Positions 10,147 through 18,085 of a stretch of DNA of 44,576 bases are shown piece by piece. Numbering within the stretch: position 1 is the first letter of the stretch; each line of letters starts with the position of its first letter. Both the position numbers and the translations under genes were made by a program. Below the pieces are notes generated by a model. The model was not told where the DNA came from and did no database searches. It worked only from the letters and a program-made list of their open reading frames with translations. The stretch comes from a virus (Duplodnaviria; Caudoviricetes). The stretch lies in IMG/VR virus record IMGVR_UViG_3300032332_000389, positions 1-44,576 of that record; one strand, written 5' to 3'.

Positions 10147-10338
10147 TTAAAAAGAAGCAGTTTCGCCACCAGCAAAGGTAGGCATTTTCTTCAACGTAAC
10201 ATGCGCTGACCGGTGAACCAATTCGCCATCCAGCCAGTATTCCACCCACGTTGTCAGTTCATTTTCATTATCAACTGTGCCTTCCCGCTTCTCAAGCAGA
10301 GAATCATCCATATCGCCTTTGGTAGTGGTAACTATCAA
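10147..10338 (-). CDS. Small hypothetical protein
   Basis: Operonic ORF (TTG start overlapping upstream stop), 'WVEYWLDGELVHRSAHV'. Confidence 0.75.
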   Translation of the reverse strand: MIVTTTKGDMDDSLLEKREGTVDNENELTTWVEYWLDGELVHRSAHVTLKKMPTFAGGETASF

Positions 10339-10751
10339 TTTGAACTCCTGATAAGCGCGGTGGTTGATGTGTCGGCAGGCATAGTGATTGTAAACGTGGT
10401 GGTTGATGTTTTATCAGAACCAAAGTCCAAAACTGCAATTGATGTGTTGCTTTGCGTGGAGTTATAAATTAAAGCGCACCGGGCGGTCAAAGCACCAGTC
10501 CAAGATACATTATCCCAATTTACATAAGCTACAGAACCATCAGAACTAATTTGAACCCCGGTCATAACTTTCCCGCCAGCCGTGTAACCTGTCCCAGATA
10601 TTTCGTTGGTGCTACTATAAATACTAGTAGCTTCATTTAAATTTGCATTGGCGGTGTACAGGGCTATTTTGATAGTGTCCGTAGACAGATCATGGACTCC
10701 CTGATAAAGCTCTCTCTTGAAGCTGGTGGTTTGAGTCTGGACTATGCTCAT
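10335..10751 (-). CDS. Virion structural protein
   Basis: 'TSFK.EL..G.H....DT.KIALY...GTGYTAGG' shared with 9154-9645. Confidence 0.75.
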   Translation of the reverse strand: MSIVQTQTTSFKRELYQGVHDLSTDTIKIALYTANANLNEATSIYSSTNEISGTGYTAGGKVMTGVQISSDGSVAYVNWDNVSWTGALTARCALIYNSTQSNTSIAVLDFGSDKTSTTTFTITMPADTSTTALIRSSN

Positions 10752-11599
10752 ACAACACCCTGCCTAAATTGACCGTTGCGGTAGGCATCTTGGCGCTCCA
10801 TACCATCACCCAGACGTTTGGCAAGCGTAAGTGCTTCTTTGTACTTGCCGTCATATAAGGCAACTAAGTCTTGCTCACCCTTCATAAAGGTATAAGCTTC
10901 TACCAAAGATCCATAAAGTAATACGGAGTCAAAGTTATCACCAAGCCAAGTTTTACCACCAGATACCGTGGTAATGGACTCAGGGTAATAGTAGTAATGA
11001 AGTTCTGCGGAATATGCTGCATCAGGAGTTGGGCCTAAGATAAAGCTTAACTCATTAGAGATAGTGGCTCCTGAAACTGTCGGGCCAAACAATGCGTAAT
11101 ACTTTGGAGATCCTGTACTTGTTGGGCTGGGATATGCTTCTCGGATAAAGTTCACATCTTTGTTAAGAAGGAATGTGTAGTCCCCACCACCATAAGGATA
11201 AACAGCCAAAGAGTATGGAGCCAAGAAGTCATCTGGGCAAGACAAGTACTTATTGTTAATGGTGATTGTCCCGGTCACATTCTTACGCAAAGAAGGGAAC
11301 TGCACCGAGTTATAGATGCGTTGTTCTGCCTGCTGAATAAATCGGCTAATCTGATCTGTAGATGTGGCAGCTAATGTCGCTGTCCCTGTGCCGGAGCCAA
11401 CTCCAGTGGCAGTAAAGACTATACCAACCGTACTAGCGGAAGCGCCAATTGATACAAAGTTAGTTGTACCAACAGAAGCAATAGTATAAGTTTGACCAAC
11501 AACAAAGCTTCCAGCCGTATACAAACTTGCAGTATTAACCGTCGGAAAAAAGTTTTCCGTGTAAGTTTGTATATCGGTTAAAAGCTCAGTGTAGTTCAT
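10748..11599 (-). CDS. Head-tail adaptor / tail tubular-like protein
   Basis: 'FIQQAEQRIY...LGPTPD.AY..ELHY...LLYGSLVEA' pattern; position in tail module. Confidence 0.65.
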   Translation of the reverse strand: MNYTELLTDIQTYTENFFPTVNTASLYTAGSFVVGQTYTIASVGTTNFVSIGASASTVGIVFTATGVGSGTGTATLAATSTDQISRFIQQAEQRIYNSVQFPSLRKNVTGTITINNKYLSCPDDFLAPYSLAVYPYGGGDYTFLLNKDVNFIREAYPSPTSTGSPKYYALFGPTVSGATISNELSFILGPTPDAAYSAELHYYYYPESITTVSGGKTWLGDNFDSVLLYGSLVEAYTFMKGEQDLVALYDGKYKEALTLAKRLGDGMERQDAYRNGQFRQGVV

Positions 11600-11859
11600 G
11601 CCATTGGGCCTCGTGCCATCACGCCTTTAGTTGCGCAGCCAGTACCACGGATTTTGATGTTAGTTGTCTTAACAGGCTCATTACCAGCAGATTTGCTAAC
11701 ATTGCCTACGCTGACATCATAGGTATCCAGCTTGCTGCGGTTTGGTTCTTTGCCGGGGCTGTTTTGAATTTTCATAGCTTTACCATCCATTGTGTGTGGT
11801 TGCGCATAAACAGCAGCAGAGCCAATCTCTTTGCCGCCTTTTTTCATACTGTATGCCAT
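11596..11859 (-). CDS. Small basic protein
   Basis: Operonic ORF; MKKGG motif; C-term 'RGTGCATKG...RGPMA'. Confidence 0.75.
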   Translation of the reverse strand: MAYSMKKGGKEIGSAAVYAQPHTMDGKAMKIQNSPGKEPNRSKLDTYDVSVGNVSKSAGNEPVKTTNIKIRGTGCATKGVMARGPMA

Positions 11860-11862
11860 GAT

Positions 11863-12063
11863 TTACCCCGTCTTTTGGTTGGCTGCGCGGGACAGATTTC
11901 TCCCCATACGCATGCGGTCTTCACTAGTGGGGCCACCCTTTTTAAGCTTTAGGGATGTACCCTTACCGCCTTTATGCTCTTGAGCATCATGTTGTTTAAA
12001 CGCTTTTTTGATCATGGCTTTATCTTGTGCCAGATCACTCTTCATGTTTTCTTTAGCCATCAT
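11863..12063 (-). CDS. Small basic protein
   Basis: RBS AGGAG; LKKGG motif. Confidence 0.75.
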   Translation of the reverse strand: MMAKENMKSDLAQDKAMIKKAFKQHDAQEHKGGKGTSLKLKKGGPTSEDRMRMGRNLSRAANQKTG

Positions 12064-12069
12064 AAACTC

Positions 12070-12453
12070 CTATGAAACTGTTACCGTGCCAACACTTGTG
12101 GTTCCAACCAAGTAATTAGGCGTTAAAACTGCATCAAACTGACTAGCCCCACCTACAGGGTTCCAGCCCCATTGAATATCTCTGGAGCCTCCAGTTAGGT
12201 TACCAGAGCTATTCACACCTGCCGTTATGTATGTGGTGTCATGGCGGGGATTGCGCACAGCCTGTGGATCATCCACTGGATACATACCTAATTGCAACTG
12301 CGGCTGGTCTGGATCCCAGCAAGATCCACATACAAGCAAATTGTACGTCTTTGTCTTGATAATTTCCTTGCGTAATTCAGTTAATTTAAACCTAGCGCCA
12401 CACCTATCGCACATGGCAATACTATTCTTGCCGGATGCAAACCTATTACCCAT
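12070..12453 (-). CDS. Zn-ribbon (CxxC..CxxC) phage protein
   Basis: CDRCG...VCGSCWD.DQPQ; start re-set to MGNRF just after upstream stop. Confidence 0.75.
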   Translation of the reverse strand: MGNRFASGKNSIAMCDRCGARFKLTELRKEIIKTKTYNLLVCGSCWDPDQPQLQLGMYPVDDPQAVRNPRHDTTYITAGVNSSGNLTGGSRDIQWGWNPVGGASQFDAVLTPNYLVGTTSVGTVTVS

Positions 12454-12454
12454 G

Positions 12455-13153
12455 TCACGTTCCGCTTCCAATAAATACTTGGCGAGGCACGAACCTTACT
12501 GCTGCCTTCTCGCGGTCTTCATCAGCCGCTAGTTGCCAAGCTTCATCATATTGCTGCTTTAACGTACCAAGCCTATCCCCGCCATTGGGAACCTTCAGGG
12601 CTAAGTAGTACGCCAATCCAGCCACCATACAAGGCAAAAACCGGAACGGTACATCCATTGTGTTTACACCAGTCCCAGCATTGTCTATGCGGCGCAAGCG
12701 CCAATAAACAAACTGATAAGTCTGGGAGTTGTCTGGTACGGGCCAGACCGTGAATCTTGGCGTTTCCAACCGCTCTATCCAAACCTGAATAGGACGAGCC
12801 TGTTGCAACTTATTAGGAATAGTGGCATAAGTAGAAACACTAATACGGGTGATTGTCAGGTCTGCCTGTGTGGAAGCACTACCTGCACCGGTACGTATTA
12901 CATGCTCCAGAAGATCTACTGTGTCTTCTGGAAGATCATATGTAGCTGTTCCGGGGACAAGGTTAATAGTCCCCTGCTCAAACGTCCACATGTTTATGCC
13001 ACGGTTTGCCCAATCAGCAAACATGATGTTTAAACTGCGCCTAGCAGTACGTAAATCATACCCCGACCGAAGTTCGGAGCCAGCACGTTCAAACGCTTCC
13101 TCTACGATCTCCGTGAGGTCAAGATTGAAGTTTGCAACTCCTGAGACAGCCAT
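12455..13153 (-). CDS. Head-tail connector / tail tubular protein A-like
   Basis: 'EEAFERAG...ARRSLN.MFADWANRG...VWPVPD...P.RF.PC...GLAYYLA' pattern. Confidence 0.65.
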   Translation of the reverse strand: MAVSGVANFNLDLTEIVEEAFERAGSELRSGYDLRTARRSLNIMFADWANRGINMWTFEQGTINLVPGTATYDLPEDTVDLLEHVIRTGAGSASTQADLTITRISVSTYATIPNKLQQARPIQVWIERLETPRFTVWPVPDNSQTYQFVYWRLRRIDNAGTGVNTMDVPFRFLPCMVAGLAYYLALKVPNGGDRLGTLKQQYDEAWQLAADEDREKAAVRFVPRQVFIGSGT

Positions 13154-13156
13154 GTT

Positions 13157-13390
13157 TTACTTCTTCGCGGTTTTTGCAGAATCAATAAACGCCTGCGCAG
13201 TGGGAGCGCCCTTCTGACCGGGCTTGCGCATCTTATCGCCTCTAGCTCTCTTTGCATTGATATTAGCGTACAGCCCTACCTTACCACCTCCGGCGTACTG
13301 CGTAAAGTCAGTATCGTCCCGGCGGGCAGTCTTCTTGCCTTTTGGCATCTTGGACGGGGAGATATCGCCCATACCCCTGCTAGACATCAT
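13157..13390 (-). CDS. Small basic protein
   Basis: Operonic ORF with YAGGG motif. Confidence 0.75.
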   Translation of the reverse strand: MMSSRGMGDISPSKMPKGKKTARRDDTDFTQYAGGGKVGLYANINAKRARGDKMRKPGQKGAPTAQAFIDSAKTAKK

Positions 13391-13399
13391 GTTAATTTC

Positions 13400-13621
13400 C
13401 TAACAAATTGTGCCGCGAGTCTTGCCGCGCTGTGCAATGCCATCTGCACGAGAGGAGGCAGAGCCGCCCTTAGCATAGCCGCGTTGACCACGTACCATGT
13501 CACGAGGATCCATTGCTGGGGCAGGAGCAGTCATACGCAATGACTTCATATACGCTTTGTCCTGAGCAGCACGAATTTTTGCCTCTGCCACGCTTTGAGG
13601 GGTTTGGTCATTATCGTCCAT
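13400..13621 (-). CDS. Small basic protein with ADGIAQRGKTRG C-terminus
   Basis: RBS AAGGA; C-terminal motif shared with neighbours. Confidence 0.75.
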   Translation of the reverse strand: MDDNDQTPQSVAEAKIRAAQDKAYMKSLRMTAPAPAMDPRDMVRGQRGYAKGGSASSRADGIAQRGKTRGTIC

Positions 13622-13630
13622 GATTATTCC

Positions 13631-14110
13631 TTAGCACATTTTGCCGCGAGTTTTACCACGCTGGGCTATACCATCAGCGCGTCGAGAGGCGGAAGAAGTG
13701 GATCCACCAGAAGCCATTTTCTTGATAGCTCCACCGCGCTTGTACTCTTTAGTGCGATCCGCCGCATAAGCGTCACGGCGTGGCATGTAGTTAGCCATAG
13801 AAGCATCGCGCTGGGCAATTGCATCCTGTTTATCAACCATAGCTTTGCCGCTCTGGGTGTACTGATCACGGGGTACATAACCGGCTGTACGTTGAAGAGG
13901 TTGACCATTTTCATCAAGACCACGATTTGCGTTGTCCTGAGCCTCCATAGTCATACGCTCTTGCGTACTGGGGCGGGGCTTGTATACACCAGCTTTAGTG
14001 CCTTCTGGTGCTTTCATGGTTAGACCACGTTCTTTATTCAAAAACTCGCGCAAAGAAGATGCACCAGAGTCTTCCAACTCTTTTTTGGAAACAATACGAT
14101 TAGTAGCCAT
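13631..14110 (-). CDS. Basic protein with ADGIAQRGKTRG C-terminus
   Basis: RBS AAGGAG before ATG 14110 (MATNRIV). Confidence 0.75.
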   Translation of the reverse strand: MATNRIVSKKELEDSGASSLREFLNKERGLTMKAPEGTKAGVYKPRPSTQERMTMEAQDNANRGLDENGQPLQRTAGYVPRDQYTQSGKAMVDKQDAIAQRDASMANYMPRRDAYAADRTKEYKRGGAIKKMASGGSTSSASRRADGIAQRGKTRGKMC

Positions 14111-14120
14111 TATTTGCTCC

Positions 14121-14501
14121 TTAGCAAGCCATTCCGCCACGCTTCATGGTGATGTTTTTACCTTTGGTTTTACCCCTAGAGGCAACACCGTCTGCGCTTT
14201 TGTGACCTGAAGCAAGACCGCCAGATGCCATTTTCTTCATCTGCATTTTGTCCATCATCATGTCTTTCTTGGAGCCTTCTTTGGATCCTTTTTTCTCTGC
14301 GTCCTTACCGGACTTCTCAAACTTTGCAAAGGGATTCACACCTTTTGTAGCCATATCACCACCTCGTTTAAACGTTTTGCCTTTATCGGCGTTGCTAAAG
14401 TCTTGCCCCACAGACTGTGGAACCCCTACTTTCTTAGCAAACGATGGCGAGTGAGCTATCGCAGCCATGAAATTATGTTGTTTCTTGCTGATTGATGGCA
14501 T
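14121..14501 (-). CDS. Lys/Met-rich basic protein with ADG.A.RGKTKG motif
   Basis: Operonic ORF; three GG motifs. Confidence 0.75.
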   Translation of the reverse strand: MPSISKKQHNFMAAIAHSPSFAKKVGVPQSVGQDFSNADKGKTFKRGGDMATKGVNPFAKFEKSGKDAEKKGSKEGSKKDMMMDKMQMKKMASGGLASGHKSADGVASRGKTKGKNITMKRGGMAC

Positions 14502-14743
14502 TATTTATTCCACCAATGAAGTGCCTGCATAAAACCAGCGCCAAGTACGCCGCCTGCGCCAGCAACACCAACTAAAACTCTCCAGCCACCTTTGGCTTCA
14601 GAAAGCGTTTTATCAATACCAGAAAGCGTTTTCTGCATCTCTGCTACGCTGGCTACAAGTTTATCCATGTCCCGTTGCAGATGCTCAATATCTGCTGCGT
14701 GGGTAGCAAGTTCTCTGGCGGTTTGTATTGCTTCATCAGACAT
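14501..14743 (-). CDS. Coiled-coil plus C-terminal transmembrane protein (XhlA/holin-like)
   Basis: Heptad-like N-part, hydrophobic 'WRVLVGVAGAGGVLGAGFM'. Confidence 0.6.
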   Translation of the reverse strand: MSDEAIQTARELATHAADIEHLQRDMDKLVASVAEMQKTLSGIDKTLSEAKGGWRVLVGVAGAGGVLGAGFMQALHWWNK

Positions 14744-14744
14744 A

Positions 14745-15200
14745 TTAGCAGTTCCAAGCCTTCAAACTCTTATTGATACGGGAATTCGGGTCTTTTGCCG
14801 TCTTCTCGCGGTAGGCATCCCACTCTGGCGCATCCGCTGATGCGTATAAGTATTGTGCCGCAAATTCCAAAAGCATAGGGTCATCCCTAAAATGCCCTAA
14901 ACCCCGATTGCAATGGTTGCAAAGCATACCCCGAACCTTCCCGGTAACATGGTCATGGTCTACAACTAAAGCGTCTTCTACCCCGCAAATAACGCATTGC
15001 TTCACTGAAGTTTTTATTTCTTTAAGAACTTCATCAGGCATTACTGCACGATGTTTACCTCTGCAATTTTCACTCCGGTAGGTAGCACGGCATTCTCTGC
15101 ACCAGCTATCCAAACCATTGCGTTTTTTATTGTGCAATGGAAAAGCTTCAGCCGTTGCGGGCTTATCTACCTTACAGCGAGTACAAGTTAACAGTTCCAT
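14745..15200 (-). mobile_element. Endonuclease VII-family putative homing endonuclease, fused to a duplicate of the upstream gene's C-terminus
   Basis: CTRC/CREC Zn finger; CVICG...VDHDHVTGKVRGMLCNHCNRGLGHFRDD signature. Confidence 0.88.
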
Positions 15201-15433
15201 GCTTTTAATGCCAAGTTAATTCTGGACTTTGGGTCGTTCGCTGTTTTTGCGCTCGTCAACTTCTTTTTGGCCCCACCCATCCTTGCACAGAAGGAGTCGC
15301 GCCTGCTGCCGCCTTCTGGCTGGGGAGGTTTCAAGTTCATGCCTTGCGCTTTTGCTGAGGCGCGCCCCTTGGCGTTCAAGCCACCCTTCTCGGATTTGCC
15401 TTCTTTCCTCTGCCATGCTGGTGTCTTAGCCAT
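15188..15433 (-). CDS. Conserved small basic phage protein (possibly DUF6321-like)
   Basis: 'AWQRKEGK...GGLNAKGRAS...RR.SFCARM...DP.SRIN..L.AWNC'; family name from recall, unverified. Confidence 0.75.
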   Translation of the reverse strand: MAKTPAWQRKEGKSEKGGLNAKGRASAKAQGMNLKPPQPEGGSRRDSFCARMGGAKKKLTSAKTANDPKSRINLALKAWNC

Positions 15434-16169
15434 TTGCTACTTTTAGATGTAAACGAGCATGCTCTTTAAGAAGCGGCTGCAAAGCATCTTGCTCAAAGTT
15501 ACGGGTAAATTCTTGACTGCCAATGTGAGGCAAACTGATGGCTGGGTCTAAATAAATCTTAAACCCTTCCGCCCTAGCGCGTCGGCAGAATGCATAGTCT
15601 TCTCCAATGTACTGCCCATCAATCAACAGGAAGTCAAAGATAGCGTATTCGGTCTCGCCATCGCCATCCCCTTGGTATTCCCATTCAGGATGTTTTTCCA
15701 TCATATGTTCAATTACATGGCGGCGGATAAGCATAAAGCCTGTAGCAACGCTTTCTACGCGCATTAAGCCATTTTCATCAAACTCTAACTGATTACTCTC
15801 ATCCAAATAGAAGTCAAGAAAGAATTTAGCGTCTGTAGCACGGCGAGGATATGTACCAGCAACTACATCTTTGCCAGTGGACAGGGCCAACAAACGGGTT
15901 ACAGCTTCTACATTAATAACCACATCTGCATCTACAAACAATAAGTCGGTGCAGTCTGTATCCATAAAGTTGCGTACCAGCTTGTTACGCGCTTTGGAAA
16001 TAATAGAGCAACCAGACAGGTGCGCCAGATGAATCTGGACACCCATCTTGTCCAACTTGGGGACGAGTTGTGCTATGGCAAACGCAGTCTTGATATTGAC
16101 CTTGCCGTCATAACACGGGATCGCAAGCATAAGCTTGCGCCCCACCAAGTTAAAACTCTTATCAGCCAT
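15426..16169 (-). CDS. GT-A fold glycosyltransferase-like protein
   Basis: 'ARN.LV..F......LLFVDAD', 'ATGFMLIRR', 'GEDYAFC.R...G..I..D....L.HIG'. Confidence 0.8.
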   Translation of the reverse strand: MADKSFNLVGRKLMLAIPCYDGKVNIKTAFAIAQLVPKLDKMGVQIHLAHLSGCSIISKARNKLVRNFMDTDCTDLLFVDADVVINVEAVTRLLALSTGKDVVAGTYPRRATDAKFFLDFYLDESNQLEFDENGLMRVESVATGFMLIRRHVIEHMMEKHPEWEYQGDGDGETEYAIFDFLLIDGQYIGEDYAFCRRARAEGFKIYLDPAISLPHIGSQEFTRNFEQDALQPLLKEHARLHLKVANG

Positions 16170-16455
16170 AGAATATTGTGATTCCTGTTACCGTACCAAC
16201 ACTTGTTGTTAAATACAACCCAGTAGAAGCCAAGATGCCCTCACCGGGAACAAATATGCTAACCGTATTTGGGGTTCCAAGGCTTGCTATATCCATTGTG
16301 TACAGAATGGCTCCGGTAGCGCTACCATCTCTAATTTCAAATGTTGCTGCCGTGCTTGCTTTAGGACTGACCACAATACCTTTAAGGCGTGCGCGCCCAA
16401 CATAATAAGAACCCGCTACGCTCAAGTGCGCACTTTTTACATCAGTTTGTTGCAT
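16162..16455 (-). CDS. Virion structural protein
   Basis: RBS AGGAG; 'MQQTDVK...VPGEGIL....T.FYG' beta-rich protein downstream of capsid genes. Confidence 0.7.
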   Translation of the reverse strand: MQQTDVKSAHLSVAGSYYVGRARLKGIVVSPKASTAATFEIRDGSATGAILYTMDIASLGTPNTVSIFVPGEGILASTGLYLTTSVGTVTGITIFYG

Positions 16456-16473
16456 AACTAATCTCCTGTAAAG

Positions 16474-16491
16474 CGGGGGCCGAAGCCCCCG
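16474..16491 (-). terminator. GC hairpin with UUCG loop (weak terminator or stabiliser)
   Basis: CGGGGGC-TTCG-GCCCCCG followed by CTTT. Confidence 0.55.
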
Positions 16492-16498
16492 AGATTAA

Positions 16499-16999
16499 TT
16501 AAACTTGGCTAGGGTTAGCCGAGCCGTCGCTTTCGCGTACCACGTATTCAACCGTAACAACAACCGATCCAGCGGTTGCGTCAGCAGTAGCTGCTGTAAA
16601 CGTGCCAAAAATGATTGCGTCTGTAGTGCCAACATTATTGGTTTTGGCTGCTTGGGTAGCTGCTGCAATGGTGGCAGGCGAAGTTTGGACAGCACTGGTT
16701 CCGCTATTGACCGAAGTCATATAGAAGTTGGCTGTGCCGCTTGTACCAATAGTAACGCCGCAGTTTGTTGCGCCGGTCAATGCAACAATAACTTCAATGT
16801 CAAAGCGAAGAATCTTTGCTCCTGCGGGCAGGACAAACATTTGCACTGCGGTGGGGGATGCCAGAATAGTAGCTGTAGCTGCGGTATAAGACTGGGAAAC
16901 AATGGTTGCGCCAGTATTGCGGATTGTGCCAGCGGTAGTACCGGTGGTGTTTTTAACCGTGCCAAGCAGCCAAGGGCCGAGATGAGTTGCGAATCCCAT
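16499..16999 (-). CDS. Capsid decoration/virion protein
   Basis: RBS AAGGA before ATG 16999 (MGFATHLGPW). Confidence 0.7.
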   Translation of the reverse strand: MGFATHLGPWLLGTVKNTTGTTAGTIRNTGATIVSQSYTAATATILASPTAVQMFVLPAGAKILRFDIEVIVALTGATNCGVTIGTSGTANFYMTSVNSGTSAVQTSPATIAAATQAAKTNNVGTTDAIIFGTFTAATADATAGSVVVTVEYVVRESDGSANPSQV

Positions 17000-17007
17000 G
17001 ATATATA

Positions 17008-17080
17008 TCCTTACATACAAGTAAAGTGCATCAATCGGTATGTCGTCTGCCGGGACAGTTTGATGCACCGGAAAGCCCGG
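17008..17080 (-). ncRNA. Putative pseudoknotted cis-regulatory 5' leader
   Basis: GTGCATCAA/TTGATGCAC stem encloses ACATAC, complementary to GTATGT abutting the RBS. Confidence 0.5.
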
Positions 17081-17089
17081 AATAGCTGC

Positions 17090-17119
17090 AATATATCATA
17101 AATTTAAACGCTTGTGCAA
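17090..17119 (-). promoter_or_regulatory. Candidate sigma70 promoter
   Basis: TTGCAC-N18-TATATT with TG extension, just after the capsid terminator. Confidence 0.45.
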
Positions 17120-17121
17120 AT

Positions 17122-17147
17122 AAAAAAGGCCCCCGAAGGAGCCTTTT
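17122..17147 (-). terminator. Rho-independent terminator after major capsid gene
   Basis: AGGCTCC-TTCG-GGGGCCT then T run. Confidence 0.85.
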
Positions 17148-17163
17148 CTACAATCCCAAAGGA

Positions 17164-18075
17164 TTAAGACGAACCGGGCGATCCAAAGATACCCAGAGGA
17201 TCAGACCAGCCGAAGCTGTAACGCTCACGAGCTTTGTAACGGACATTGCCGGTGTCAAAATCACCGTCCATGCTGTTAGTCAGCGCCATACGCTCAAAGT
17301 GCTTCAAGCCGTTAGGAACGTCGGTGGTCAAATACCAGCCGTTCGTGTCGGTCAAGAAGTGGTTAACGGTGTAACCTTCAGGGATTGAGCCATTGTTCTT
17401 CAGCGCATTGATATCGTTGTCGGTAGTGCCAACACGGAGGCTGGTTTCCAACAGACGGGTAGCAACGAACATCAGAGCAGGAGGCACGATTAGCTTGCGA
17501 GGCTTTGCTGCGATCAACAGACCACGCTCATCAGTCCAACCTGCGATCTGAATAACTGCGTTTTCCAACGAAGTCTCATTCAGGTCAGCATTGGTAGATG
17601 GGCGGTTGCTGTTAACACCACCAGAGATCAGGGGGTGAGCCGTGCTAAACAAAGCCACGCCGTCACCACCAAGGTAGGACGAAGAAAAGCCATTGTTGAT
17701 AACGGATGCAGCCTTAACCTGCTTGGTGTAAGCCATAGCACGGGCCAGAGCTTTGGTATAACGTGCCGACAGGGAGTCGTACAGGTTATCTTCCACAGCC
17801 TCTTCCGTGATAGAAAAGCCCAAAGCAATGGTTTCATGGTTGTACCGGGCGGTGAAGGCTTCCTGTCCATTGTCATAAGCAATGGCAGAACCCTCATTCT
17901 TAACCGGTGCAGCCGAGAAGCCGGACAGCTTGGTTTCTTCTTCAAAACTACGCTCCGATTGCTCGGTTTCATAGATCTCTTTATGCTCTTCGCCGTAGCG
18001 GGCATACTCCAAACCGAACAATGCATTCAATCCGGGGAGCAACTCTTTAAGTAGTTGTGCGCGTGAAATAGCCAT
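17164..18075 (-). CDS. Major capsid protein
   Basis: 'MAISRAQLLKELLPGLNALFG...DGVALFSTAHP...YKARERYSFGWSDP' (Mu gpT-like family); context and terminator. Confidence 0.9.
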   Translation of the reverse strand: MAISRAQLLKELLPGLNALFGLEYARYGEEHKEIYETEQSERSFEEETKLSGFSAAPVKNEGSAIAYDNGQEAFTARYNHETIALGFSITEEAVEDNLYDSLSARYTKALARAMAYTKQVKAASVINNGFSSSYLGGDGVALFSTAHPLISGGVNSNRPSTNADLNETSLENAVIQIAGWTDERGLLIAAKPRKLIVPPALMFVATRLLETSLRVGTTDNDINALKNNGSIPEGYTVNHFLTDTNGWYLTTDVPNGLKHFERMALTNSMDGDFDTGNVRYKARERYSFGWSDPLGIFGSPGSS

Positions 18076-18085
18076 GATTTACTCC

